Positions 1 through 12,750 of a stretch of DNA of 64,000 bases are shown here, piece after piece. The notes under the pieces are model-generated. The model had not been told where the DNA came from. It made no database searches and saw only the letters and a list, made by a program, of their open reading frames with translations. Position numbers and translations under genes: made by a program. The stretch is from Phallusia mammillata (lineage: Eukaryota), in assembly GCA_965637545.1 (NCBI GenBank), contig OZ281496.1, forward strand, positions 13,888,001-13,952,000, given 5' to 3'. Numbering within the stretch: position 1 is the first letter of the stretch; every line of letters starts with the position of its first letter.

Positions 1-3000
1 CGTGTGCCAAGACGTAGTACCAACAGGTGGAAATCTTGAGACAAACAGCTTTTTCCATGACCTTTATGAAATGTTTTGGTGCGCGGGGTGTGAAGCGGTC
101 GACGAAGCTTTATTGAGCAGTGGCGCCACGTCCGAGTCGTCATCGGAACGTGCAAGTGATGATACATAGGGAGGTCGCTACAAGCTCAAAATTGTTTCGT
201 TTACAAAATTAATGTGAATTTGATTTGTTTTACACATAAAAGATTTTTTACCCGGCAGAACAAGTCGCATCAATTCAACTCTGTTTCTTGTTGCAGAAAA
301 CTGTGTGGCTGACGAATTCGAATGCCAATCTGGATCCTGTATTCCTCTCCACATGAAATGTAACAGAAGAACCGATTGTTGGCACGCTGACGATGAAACC
401 AATTGCACGAGTAATTGACAAATTAATTTATTTTTAGATTAGTAACATAACTAACATCGTAGTCTGTAGCCAAAGCAAGTATTTTCACGCAGTTTACTTC
501 CAGCATTTTGAAAGTTGACAATGTCCGGTGCAAAGTATTGGAAATGCACTAAATTTGTACATTGATAAACCAGATAGAATATTTGGTAAATCATTTGATC
601 TTCCATAGCTTTTTTGTGTGGTTATTTTTTCTCTTGTACTTTTGCTATGTTACAAAAACAAATGAGGTTTCAATTAGATATGACATGAAATTGTATTACG
701 TGTTGTATTACGAGCAAAATATACTTAAAACCATTGTTTGCGTTCAACCTTATCGACATGCTACACTTCTAGATTTTGAGGGTTGCAGATGTCATGAATT
801 CCAGTGCTACCCTTCGATGACGTGCCAACCAATTTTGCAACAGTGCGAGTCTGACGCTTGCCCTGCTGGTGACGTCACTCCCTTATGCAATGGTAAGACT
901 GATATGACTATACACTAGGTGGCGCATGTTTGTGTGATGTTTTCTGCTTCGTGTGCTTTCACATTTTCACCTAACAGAGTAAATTGTTTAGAGGTAAAAA
1001 GTGGTAGCATTTAGTGTATTTAATGTAGACCAACGCATGTAATTTTTTATCTCGTTTTGTTCACTTAAACAACCTTATCGCTACGACGGCCGCTTTGCAG
1101 ATCCTTGTTTCACCAACAGCCGCCAATATTACAGTTGTAAAGAAATAGGTTCATATACTATATATATATAATGGCGCCCCAAAAGTCCAGATTAATTTCT
1201 AACTTGATTCACAGATGAAGCTACACAGTGTGAAGATCAGTCTTAACTGTTTGTGACGTCATAATCTATATTGTGAGCTTATGTCACCTATTTTTTTCGT
1301 ATTGTTTGCACATAATGGGCGCACAAAAAGTCTGACGCGTATAGCTACTAGCCTGGTAGTAGTAGTCTTTTCAGTAACATAAAATCTGTTTAGAGCAGCA
1401 GAAAATCAAAATATTTGGCAAAGGAGTTTTAATTACGTCAAGGCCATCATTACATATGTTTTAATAAATATGTTCACGGCCGCACAAACTCGTTTCTGTG
1501 ACCGCAGATTGTGCAGCATTGACTGAAACTTAACGCTTATTTTTAGTTAGAGGTACAAGCTTTGTATACCTGTAAATCACTTTCGAAAATCTAACTGTCC
1601 GGTCTAATTTACTTTTTGTACTAAGTTATGTTATCACTAACTCTTGAGTTACGGTCCAATTTCGGTAAGAGAAGGGATACTAAACACAATCAACTGTCAC
1701 AATTTTAACTAAACTTGATTATATTGCTCAAAAACCACAAACACAATAAAACATTTTATGGAAGCAATTTTCTAAAAAACACCAAAACAACTAGCTTATT
1801 CTACGAAATTAATTTGAAATATTATTTTTTTGAAAACTATTAAAACCCGCCTAACGCTTTTATAGGCCGGGCGTACCTTGATTTCTATATGAGTGTGCCG
1901 TAATCGCTGGTCTACAGCAATGCTTCAGGGCTGATCCCAGGTATGGATACATGTCTTAACTACGCATGATATTAAAAATAACTTACTTTTGCCTGTAAAA
2001 GAAAGAAAGGTGCCTAACCGGAGGTAACTTTAAAACATTACGTTCCCACAATTGATTTGTAAAACAAGAAAAGTAAAAATAAGACGGTGTAAAATTTAGA
2101 CAAAAAGAAATAAAACTGAAATCATGCGTTCACTTAATAAAATGATATGATGGAGAGACTCTTGATTCTCAGCTATTAAAAAAAGACTCGGACTCATTGC
2201 ACCGCAGACTGGAAAGAAATATGTTAATAGCTGGCTTTAACCAAAAACAGCAGCACTTAACGAAATCGCTGTTGCAAGCAAACATTTTCTTTCGGTTGGA
2301 TGAAGGGTTGTATTGCCGTTTAATTTTTCACAAATGTATCTCACAAGGTTTCCTCACATTGACTTCTGCTTAAACCAAGCCACTTAATCCGGTTGCAATG
2401 ACAGCACTTAACATTGTAACGATAAAAAGCTCCCACCGTGGTTTACAAACTATTATCGTACGCAGGTTTATCCCGGGATAATGAGCGGGACGTGCTTTTC
2501 GCGTGGATTTCTGGATTGATTTCAATAAATCAAGCCTAACTTTGTACTTGGCATCGTCATTATTCAAGTACAAACATGTTTTCGGTTTCAGTAATAAACC
2601 AAACGGTTAGAAATGTACCGAAACATTTAAACACAAGTTACTAAATATACTTAGTCTTATGTATTACGCGTTAAACACAGTTGGATACAGCGGCATCGTT
2701 ACGGCCGCGGCGCCGAAACTCTATTGATTCGGTTTGAATCACCTGCATTGTGTTATGGGGCTTGCGATGGTTTGCGCCTGTAATCTTTAAGCAGACTTGG
2801 ACAACTAGATTTTTTTCGGTTTTCCAAATTAGATTAGAATTAAAATTAGAACATGTCATTTTTTACAAATTAGATTAGAATTACCATTTTCTCGAAAACC
2901 AAAAATTAAACTAGAATTAGATTTAAGCCAACCAACTTTATTTTTTTTCAAATTTGAACTTCAAGATATTCATGTTTTACACTATATCAGGGGTCACCAA

Positions 3001-6000
3001 ACTACGGCCCGCGACCACATTTTTTAGGTTGCCAAATTGCGTTAATAACTTTGTAATATTAAAAGTTAATGTACTCCTTACAACAGTTTTTCTTTGGGCA
3101 TATTCAGAATTGATATTACCGAGTTTCATAGGATCACAACGCCCAGGATTGATCTAAAGCCAGTTTGTTAGGTCACAGACAAGACAAGTGTTATTTGTGC
3201 GCAAACAAGTGCCCTCTTTTGTCACTTGTGGCGTAATATACAAGCATCCTCGTGAGATCAATTACACAGTTTACCGGAGATTTTTGTAATGCTCGTATTC
3301 ATAGAAACTACTGGTTTTCATTATCTGATTATGTTAACTCATAGTGAACTTACGCATAATTCCTTTTCTTTGACATACAAACTGTTTTTCCTTTTATTAC
3401 CAAATTGTATTATGCCACAACAGCCAACGAAGTATTGCTTACGATTTATAAATCAAAACTGTATAGGTACTGTTTGTCACATTGCTAAATTTTACTGAAA
3501 AACATGTTTTAGTGATGAAGTTTTGTCTTGTTAGTTACGTGGTTTTGTGCGCTTTGGATACGGAACACATGCTCGTATCACATGCCTAAAAATGATGTTG
3601 GACAAACTAGCGTCTTTGGTTAAAACTGTGAATTACATTAGAATTAGAGCTTGCTCGATATTTCTAAATTAGATTAGAATTAGCGCCATTTTAATTTGCC
3701 TAATTAGGCAACTAGGATTATCTAGTTCTCCAAGTCTGTCTCTAAGTAGGCCGCGGTTCGTTCTAATGTATATGAGAAAACCCTGATGCATATACAAAGC
3801 ATTTTAGCTGAGAGGTAGCATTATGATACTGGAATCGCCGAAACGATTTACACAAAGCTTTCACAACACTTGACTCTAAAAAACTAGCCAGGCGTAAAAA
3901 CAATCATTGTACACTGTCTGCAGGTGACATCAGAGGAGTTTTCCAACTGGTTTCGACCCACGCCGCCAATTATTTGCGATTGAATGCATCTGTAAATTTT
4001 CGGGAGACTTTCTTATTGCGGAACCAATTAATGATTAGAAATAAATTTAAAGTTGTTTGAGATATATCAAGTTGTGTGTGTGATAAAGCATCGAATGGGG
4101 CGTAACATACATTGAAAAACTTACTAAGACACAAATATAGCTGTAAACCTGAAAATATATTATGCGAATCACATTGGTTAACTTCTGGTATGCGTTTTAG
4201 TACATATAGATGTTTAGAGTCTTACTCTTAACACAGTTTTTTAAAAAGAACGCTGACGATTCACGTGAGTTACGTAATACGCGTTTAACACAGTTAGATG
4301 TAGCGGCATCGGTACAGGAAAAGCGGCGCAACTGTATTGATCCGGTTTGAATCACCTGCAATGTGTTACGGGGCTTGCGGTGTTTTCGCTGTAAGCCTAA
4401 TTAGGCCACCAGTGTTTTATAATGCAAAAAAGGATACCTGCATGGCGCACATGAAGTGTTGCTGTGGAGATTAGCTTTATAATACAGGTATTGCTAAAAT
4501 CATTTAGACAAAGTTGTTGCCAAACTTGACTAAACGAGTTCAAATAAAAAATGTTAGATAGACAGGCAAGAATATGCTTATGTACTTGTTTATGTGCAAA
4601 TACATGTAGTTGTAAGTTGTATTAGTAGTATTAAATCAGTGTTTTTAATCATTTGTTTGTATTGTATATTAACAGGTATAGTTAATGATATAAAGCAGTT
4701 GTCTTTTGTCCAACAAAACCATCAAAATGTCAATAATGAGTTTATTGCATTGGGGTAGGTAGCACATATCAAAAGCAATACAGCATAGTCGTTCGAAACT
4801 GCCTTGTTTTAATGGCTGCATATTAAACTTACAAACTTCATAGACTTGGATGACATTTTGCTGTAATTTACCAAATAAATTCTTTCCGACGTTTCGACGT
4901 CCTATGCAGGTCGTCTTCTTCAGCGTAAATAACACCGAATGCGACTAGTACAGTGCCTGATAAAAAAGGAAAAATGATGGAACGCAATCACGTCACATTT
5001 TTTATCCTTTGTTGTCGTGCACTGTACTAGTTGCATTCGGTGTTATTTACCTTGATGAAGATGACCTGTATAGGATGTCGAAACGTCGATATCAAAATAC
5101 ATATGCCAGAAGAGCTCAGTAAACTTGTTACAGAATTTATTTTTCATTTGGTAAATCACAGCAAAATGTTATTGGTGTCAGGATTGTTCAGGGATTTTCG
5201 ATTTTTAAAATGTATTTTTTCTAATGGTGAATTTTACGTTAAGTGTCGGACGGCCTGTGTCACGAAAGGGATGTAACCAAAAGTCACTTTTCTGCAAACA
5301 TTTTACCTCAATGTACCACATGGACTCGACGTTTTATCGACAACACGGGTGCCACAAGACTGATTGCGTATTTTCGAAGAGGAGAGCTTGCTGCAGACAA
5401 CTTTTGTAAGGTAAAGTCTCACGAGTATAGCCTTTAAATTCGGTACGTACGGTTTTGTTGGTGTTTTTCTTTTTAACCACTGGAGCGGACGTTGTGCACA
5501 CAATGAGTCCCGTCGGGCTTTCTGCATCGTATTGCAAGCCGCTAGTTAATTTATGTAGAATTATGAGGGATCAGACGATCAGGGTACATTGGCTGGAACG
5601 TTGGAAGGTGGAGGCTTATCTTGGCCGGTTTTCGTTGAAAGCTCGTCTGCTTATATACCTTGTGTCACAAACCTTACAACTGGAACTCCAAAAATTGTTC
5701 TGCACGCCGGTAAGTCGGATTTAACAGGTTTTCCACAAAGGTTCAGTTCTGTGCAAATATAAGAAGTCATTTCGGAGTCAGGAGAAGAAGTTTATAGTGT
5801 GTTCTTTTGTGATAAGCAAGCTACAGGCATAACGTTTCGTTCTGTTTAGTCCCATCAGTGAAACTGGTGACAAAACATTAAGGGTAGAGGTTCGCGCAGC
5901 CAGGCTAAAACAATCTTATGTTTTTAGTGTAACAGTTTAACCAAATATGGAGTTAGACATTGATGTTTTGTATTTATTTTAGCTTCATTGTGCGGTGAAG

Positions 6001-9000
6001 ACGCTACCGGCCCGGTTTATAACTTAATGTCTCCGAACTTTCCGAGTAACTATTCAATTTTTCTCGGTTGTGTCTGGAGATTTCAATTGGAAAGAAGCAC
6101 TTCCCTGGTGTTTCAGTTTTCCACTTTTTCCATTGAGAATAACTTTGACCTTTTATACGTAAGTGAGTGGTTATTTGTTTTTAAATCCAAATCAGAACCA
6201 AAACAGACCGAACCAAATCTAGTCAAGTCTAAGTTTGATCTGGGTTCACATTTTCAAGTCCGATTTTGACCCGAGATTACATTTAACAATATAAAATGGG
6301 AAGGTTTTGCAGTCAGATCCTAATCAAGCTTGTTTTTTTAACAACAAAAGTCGTTTACTGGCTTAACATAAAACTTTTATTGAAACCAGGAGTGCACAAC
6401 TTTTTTCCATAGACTCTCGCATTACAGATTTCCATTTCACCAACAGAAGTTTTTGTTTTTAGTCTGACTGTCTATTGCGACACCACATACATTGCACATT
6501 GTATGTTGTCTGTTTATTTAGTATTTGTAATTAATGGTAACTATGCTGCTAACAAATCTATCCAGACCCACGAAACACATCAGAGTGGTTTTTGAAACCA
6601 AAGTTCTGACAAAAAGTTTTATTCAATTAACCGACCCCAGATGTGTATTACGGCCTCATAGTTTTGTCTGCCCTGTCACGTTTTATGCGCCCCCGATTTG
6701 TACCAGAATTTTACAATGGTTCACTAGTTTAACATTATTTTCAGTTCAAAGACGATCAAGGAAATGTAGAAAGATTGACTGGTGATTATGATGGGGGTTT
6801 GAATCACACAGTTACCGCAACAAATCTTACTCTTATTTTTGCCAGCGATCATTTTCGTGCTAAGCAGGGATTTAATGCGACGGTCAACTTTCGATCAGGT
6901 TTGTGCAATTTGTTTCAAAACGCATTTTTCAAAAAAGACAAAAACACAAATCTTACAATGAAAATGCTAGGTACAGTTTCAAAAGTTAATACCGATGGAA
7001 ATGATTTAAAACGATTTACCCTCTAGGTAATTGAGATTATTTTTAATTTATATACACTTTTTGGTGATTTGTCGTTTCATTACTTCAGGCATAAAGCTGT
7101 AATGTTTTATGTTGTAGAAAAGGGGAAATAAAACTTATCGTTTTTTTTGGTAGGTAACGACCATCCATTGCAACAAATTCCTTGTTTTTTGATTTGAAAG
7201 TGTAAGCAGACTAAAAGTTATGTAGTGTTTTTGTAGGAACGGAACAATCAACGAGTGTATGCCAGACCGAAGGTTTGACCATTCCGTAAGTTTTTTCGGG
7301 AGGGGGTGATGGTAACATTAAATAAACCCTAAAAAAATCCATAATGTTTAGGTGATTTTCGAAATTTGTTTTTTTGCCATAGCGTTTTTTAGACATTGCA
7401 CAATTTTTTTGTACAAATAAATATAGGCACGATTATGAAGGTATAATGAAGTAAAATGTGGATAAAAAGTTGAAATGCCAGAACCAAATATTTCGAAATC
7501 CAGTTTCGTTGCACATGGATAAAACCGCATAAATCTATTGAAATGTCACCGATATATAAAACCCGTCACAGTCTCCGTTCTGCGTCAACTAACGTTTTAC
7601 CCTCGCCAAGCTATTTCCGGCTTGGTCATTTTGTAGTGCAATTATGCCGTTATATGTGTTATTTCACCAGCGAGTAAACAACATCAACAAAAATTTAACG
7701 CAACCCAAACAAACATTAGATTAACTGCTAAAACGTGTTCTTAATGTAGTGGGCACTCTATTTTAATATGCTGCATTAAAAGTGTTTTTAGGTTGCTCTA
7801 CAAAAACTCTACTGTCTAATATTTGCAGATTAACACTTGTTGAACAAAACACATTAGACTACGAACTTGGTGACACACTTTACATCGCATTGGACAGGGA
7901 AACTCCCCTTTCTCAGCTCAATGCCAAATGCAAGGTGACGGGGCCAGACCCGGTGTATGTGTTCGACATTGGACATTTGTGTGAAGGTGACTACAAGGTA
8001 ACAAGCTATTTTATGTATTAACGGTGTGTGAAAAGATTGACAACGCTTCGACCAGGGGTGCCCAACCAGCGGCCGTAGGCCGCATGCGGCTACATGGTTG
8101 AGTTTGTGTGGCCGTAAATATATTTAGTAAAATATACCTACTGGCGGTCGTGACGTAAATAATACTTGTGATAAATATGATAAATATTTTGACTTTTAAA
8201 CAGCTCCAAACAGATTTTGTAAGACTGTTAAGAGTATTACCTACTTTTATACACCTATTGTGTGAAAACAAAACAATGCAAAAAGGCACCACTTGTGTCT
8301 CAATATAGATTACGACACCATAAGGAGCTAAGACTGGTCGTCAGACTGTTCAGCTCGATCTACAAGTTAAAAATTAATCTGAGCTTTTTGGACGCCATTA
8401 TATGGTGTATATATGTGGGACAAACCTATTGACTCACATCAGTATTTTAAAACAAAAACAAGCAGATAATTGACGACCGCTGGTGAAATAAGGTTCTGCG
8501 ATGCGGCTATCGTAGCGAAAAGTTTGTGCACCCCTGGACTTAGACAAATTATCGGTTACTTTTCTACAATAAAAAAGGAAATTAGAAAAGACCAAATGTG
8601 TTTATATTTATCTCGCCAAATAAAATAAAGTATGACCATGGATTTGTTTTGTAACTTTATTGCGTTCGTATAAAAATTAATTACGTACGTTTTTGTATTA
8701 ACAGAATGAGAACGATGTGGTGTCAGTGTCTTTCCTGATCTGGAGATTCCTAGCTCCGTCCACTGCCGTGATTCAACGCGAAGTTCAAAACAAGCTAAAT
8801 GTGACTTGTTTATTTGACTCGAAACTACTTCTTTCGTCATCCAACATCCAACCACGCCGGGTAAGGAGACCACTTGGTCACATGTCACACGAATCCAATA
8901 TTTTTGTCACATTTGTAATTGTTTTTGTGTGGAGTGTTAGTTTTATTATCACTACCATCCCAACAACTCGATAAAGTAGCCAATAAAAACACGAAAACTA

Positions 9001-10918
9001 AATTGCAGTTTTAAAATATCTTTATAGATCAGTCTTATTTTTATTTTATTTTTAAAACAAACAATGTGCAGATCCATTGAAATTTCGGCTAAGAATACAG
9101 GACATTTTGATGTTGCTCTAAATCTTTTTACAAACGGACATTTTAATGAGAGCTTGGCAGGGGAAGTCGCTGTGCCCAACTACATATTTGGTGCAGTTAA
9201 ACTCAATGACGTTTCTGCAAGCAACGACGACTTCATTATACAGGTAAAAGCAAATACATTGAGGTAACAAAGGTTAATAAATTATAGTTCGTGTTTCATA
9301 CAATGCTAACAATATAAGCATCATTTGGGTGCTACTTAGATTGTACATTTGATTTTAGTACAATTTTGCATACAGCTTGAAGAATGTTGGGCGACACGCG
9401 TTGAAAACTCCAGTAGTTTGCCGAGCTACCCGGTTATTATAAGCGGGTAAGCTTTACTTCTATTCAGTTTGTAGTGTGGGTACTTGGTTTTCCGAAATTA
9501 AACGGCACATATTATATCACTTTGCATAAATTTATGTGAATATAATTATTAGATGCGTTGCGCCACCCAGTGGAAGCGAGACAGCTGATGCAAAGATGTT
9601 GATCCGAAATTACGAATCCAACGTTGCAACGTTCAAGCTGATGAGCTTTTTGTGGACAAACTTTACCGATGCAGAACAATTTATCTACATCCACTGCGAC
9701 GTGACCGTCTGTCAAAATTCAACTGGACAATGCCCTGGACAGGTAAGTTGAGTTTGTTTGTTTCTCTTATTGTGTTCGGGCGGATTGGCAATAACCGGAT
9801 GCGTTATGCTCATAACGGGTATGTCTTCGAGCTGCTTGCCTTACTGCAAGTAGTGTGGATCTTTGAAAAGAACTTTTTAACATTCAATTAGTTGTTAACT
9901 TAAATTTAGTTCAATCAATGAGATTTCACTGGGTTTGTGCAATGCTGCTCAAGTTTTTTGTTCAGGAAAAAAAGGCGAGAGTGTAACTCTTTACCAAAGT
10001 TTATTTAGATTCTACTTAAGTTCTTGACCATAAACATAACACTAATAGGTAAGCATTAATATTAGCCTGTTCGCAGACATGTGGAGGTGTAGGACGACGA
10101 TCTGTTGACAACAATGGACGCAACCAACGACTTTCTGCGGGGCCAGTTCACATCTTTCAAAACACCAAGTATTTGTTGCAAGGTAACATGGCAATAAGTA
10201 AATGTAAATTTTCGTACGTATTAACTTATTTCAATGACTAATACTGCAGTTCTGTTTTAACGAAGCAAATTATTATATTGATCAAGTCAAACCAATCGGG
10301 ACATGTGACCTAGACCGGGACCACAATTTTTCGAATACGTCTGTCGCCCAAACACTTCAAACGAAATTAAACGTTAACTTGTTTGGCTTGTCCTCTATTG
10401 TGTTTCGCTTTCTTACGTAGTTCTTACCGCAAGAAACATACTCGACTATCCTATAACGAGAATATAGAAACTGAATTTACTTCCAAAATACAAAATGTAA
10501 AATATTAATCAAGTAAACATTGTTTGGTGGGTTTGAACCCCACCATCGGCTAATTTTGCTCCATGTCTTGTCGCACTGAATCAAATCAGTTTATTAAGAA
10601 AAAGAACCAGATCGGTTCGCCATTGAGATTGGTCGTATTGCGATGTATTTACATGTGTAAGAGTTTTGTTGGTCAGCATGAAGGTTCGAAGTCTGGTTGT
10701 AGTAACAATTTATATGCTCTTGCACACATATGTATTTTATAATGTTTTTATTTTTTATTGCAGACACTTCAGGAGACAGAGATAAAACCAATGAAGCAGC
10801 TGACAATGTCTTCCATCTTGTGATGTTTGTTCTTCTGGTTGCTGTAATTATCGGAGCCGGTTATCTCATATGGGCCATATTTGCCCAAGATCGAAAGTCT
10901 AAACAAATTGGTCTGTAG
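1..10918 (+). CDS. Multi-exon LDLa/kringle-like/CUB/zona pellucida (ZP) domain type I membrane protein (CUZD1/DMBT1-like architecture), 5' end outside window
   Basis: GT-AG exons read by hand: about 1-149 or 1-155 (open frame, uncertain donor), 297-410 (LDLa: CVADEFECQSGSCIPLHMKCNRRTDCWHADDETNC), 773-892 (LDLa-like), 5244-5410 and 5559-5709 (kringle-like), 5983-6158 and 6745-6898 (CUB: CG...SPNFPSNY...CVW...FSIE..FD.LY...FASD...GFNA), then 7237-7285, 7829-7997, 8705-8860, 9072-9243, 9376-9446 (ECWAT), 9553-9742 (YIHCDVTVC), 10077-10182 (GRRS cleavage-like site and SAGPVHI external hydrophobic patch) and 10764-10918 (TM helix LVMFVLLVAVIIGAGYLIWAIFA, stop TAG). Exon phases are consistent except at 8860/9072. 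Confidence 0.85.
2792..3738. mobile_element. Non-autonomous hAT-like MITE in intron
   Basis: TIRs CAGACTTGGACAACTAGAT / ATCTAGTTCTCCAAGTCTG; 8-bp TSD TCTTTAAG / TCTCTAAG; subterminal AATTAGATTAGAATTA repeats. It interrupts a segment whose paralogue at about 4285-4531 is uninterrupted. Confidence 0.8.
4853..5172. mobile_element. Fold-back Penelope-like pLTR remnant with two outward-facing hammerhead-like motifs
   Basis: Imperfect inverted repeat. Minus strand: CTGAAGA-A-GACG..CGTC-GAAACGTC at about 4887-4923. Plus strand: TTGATGA-A-GATG..TGTC-GAAACGTC at about 5052-5087. The 3' tail GCCAGAAGAGCTC is shared with 25040-25052. Confidence 0.6.
8053..8536. mobile_element. hAT-Charlie-type MITE in intron
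   Basis: Termini CAGGGGTGCCCAAC ... TTTGTGCACCCCTG with GCGGCC-rich subterminal motifs; TSD degenerate. Confidence 0.65.
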
Positions 10919-12049
10919 ATAAATTTCTCAAATACTCAACAATGTATTATTCCTTTGACACAAAAACAATTAATTTTTTTATCATTTGTCCTCAAAACAA
11001 CAAATTAAAACTCGGTTTTACAGTACATGCTTTATTGTTTCAGAAATATGCTTTGTCAAAAAAAAATTTCGTTGCTGTAGCAGAATATAATCGGATGCAA
11101 TTAAAACTGCGTGTGTTCAGTTTGAGCCCCCCAAAAGATAAATGGTTTCCGTTTGAATAACGGCCTGGTAAAACTAAAACCTATTTCAGGGTTAAAGGGG
11201 TGCAAAGTGGGTGAATCCAATAAAAAGTTAGAAAATTATTTAGCATATCTTACATTGCCCCGACCAACGAAGCATGAAACTCCGAGATCATGTACTATGG
11301 TCAGGGGCCTGTGGGTGAACCGCTGGGTTATTTGGGGTCAACCTTCAGGAGGATCAGCTTTAGATCAATAGCTAACATCTAACATGGATTAATAACTAAC
11401 GTCTGATTTAAAAAAATGAGGCACTGTTTCTCGACCAAACGCGTATAACAAACCAGCTTTAGACAGAAAAAAATACGGACAAAAACAATAGAAAGTTCCA
11501 CGATATGTTTATTGTTGTGTTTGTCAAAAAGTGGTAATGTTTTAATTTTATGCACATATATCTTAAAAGGTGATGTACACTGGGGCAAAGGTTTAGTCCT
11601 ATACGTTATTGTAGAAAGTGTGTGGCTGGAGTGCCATCAGGCAAGATGGTGTCTCGTGACCATAACTACAAGCAAAGACTTAAAATAGCTGTGTTGTCAT
11701 TTATAAGTGTGTATTCAAGGTAAAAAATTACAAAGCAAAAATAATTGTACAGGAAGGGCTGAGGTTTCCCCAATTTGGTGTGAATATATTAATGCTTTAT
11801 CAGTAAGACAAAATATGGCTTTGTTTAATATCAGGAAGATGCCAGATCAGAATACCCCCCCAAAAAAGGCTTTTTGAAAAAAAGTGATGCAAAATAATCT
11901 CTGTAGAAGGAATTTGCCTGTAGGATTGCCTTTCACAGCAGTGACGATCACCGAGGTCATGCGATTGGAGAAGTATGTTTGCCAAACACAAATAATTATA
12001 AAAAATAGCTTCCAATTTGTTGGATATTGTATTGGTTGTGTTAATTGTT

Positions 12050-12750
12050 CACTGGCCGACATGATTTTTATTTTCTGGCGAAAATGGTGACTTCTAATAT
12101 AATTTGCTCATGCTGATTACGAATATAAGGTCGCTTTTTTATAATTTGTGATTTACAATTTTGCATTTTACTAATAATAACAAGCGGTTCTATGAAGTAT
12201 TCCTTGCTGTTGGGTCATGGTTATTTTTGATTGTATAAGCTTTTGCTTGGTATAAGCATCGTCAAAGTGAATACATACGCTTGTTTGCCTCCGAACCCTT
12301 TTTAGTCTATTGTGTGGATGTTCAAGGTCTTATAGAGAAATTGTGTACTATGTATATTCCCAGTGACTGGTACCTCTTTGTCCAATAAGAAAGAAAAGTT
12401 GTTTGAATCAAAAATTTATTAAGTTAATGAACATAATTATATGGTATTAGGGTCTAGAGCCTGGGTTTAGAGGGTTAAGGTTTAAGCTGACAAAATCTTA
12501 TATCCAATTGAGTAATTTAAGCGCCTTGTAGGCTGTGTTTCGTTTCACGTACGGAGCTCTTGACCTGTAATAGGGCACAAGCGCACTTAATACAACCATT
12601 TTTGAGTTAACTTTTCATTCAATTTTTGCAAAAATGTGTGATGTGTAGGTGAATTCTGACTGCAAATTCGGGATCAGCATAATCAAATTAGGTAAACTCA
12701 ATTATTTGTTTGAAAAAAATAATGAAAAAGTTAAAAAATGTCGTCTAGTG
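12050..12750 (+). mobile_element. Internally deleted Chapaev3-type (CMC) DNA transposon remnant
   Basis: TIRs CACTGGCCGACAT / ATGTCGTCTAGTG and subterminal ATGCTGAT / ATCAGCAT. The internal frameshifted remnant FAWYKHRQSEYIRLF..LVYCVDVQGLIEKLCTMYIPSDWYLFV resembles the Chapaev3 transposase block LVYCxDxxGL..Y.P.EWRLF. Confidence 0.65.

Noticed and set aside
10520-10560. tRNA/SINE B-box-like GGTTCAAACC on the minus strand
   Set aside because: No A-box, cloverleaf or second copy seen.
11130-12000. Probable transposon-end fragments downstream of the ZP gene
   Set aside because: Could not pair termini or find a TSD.
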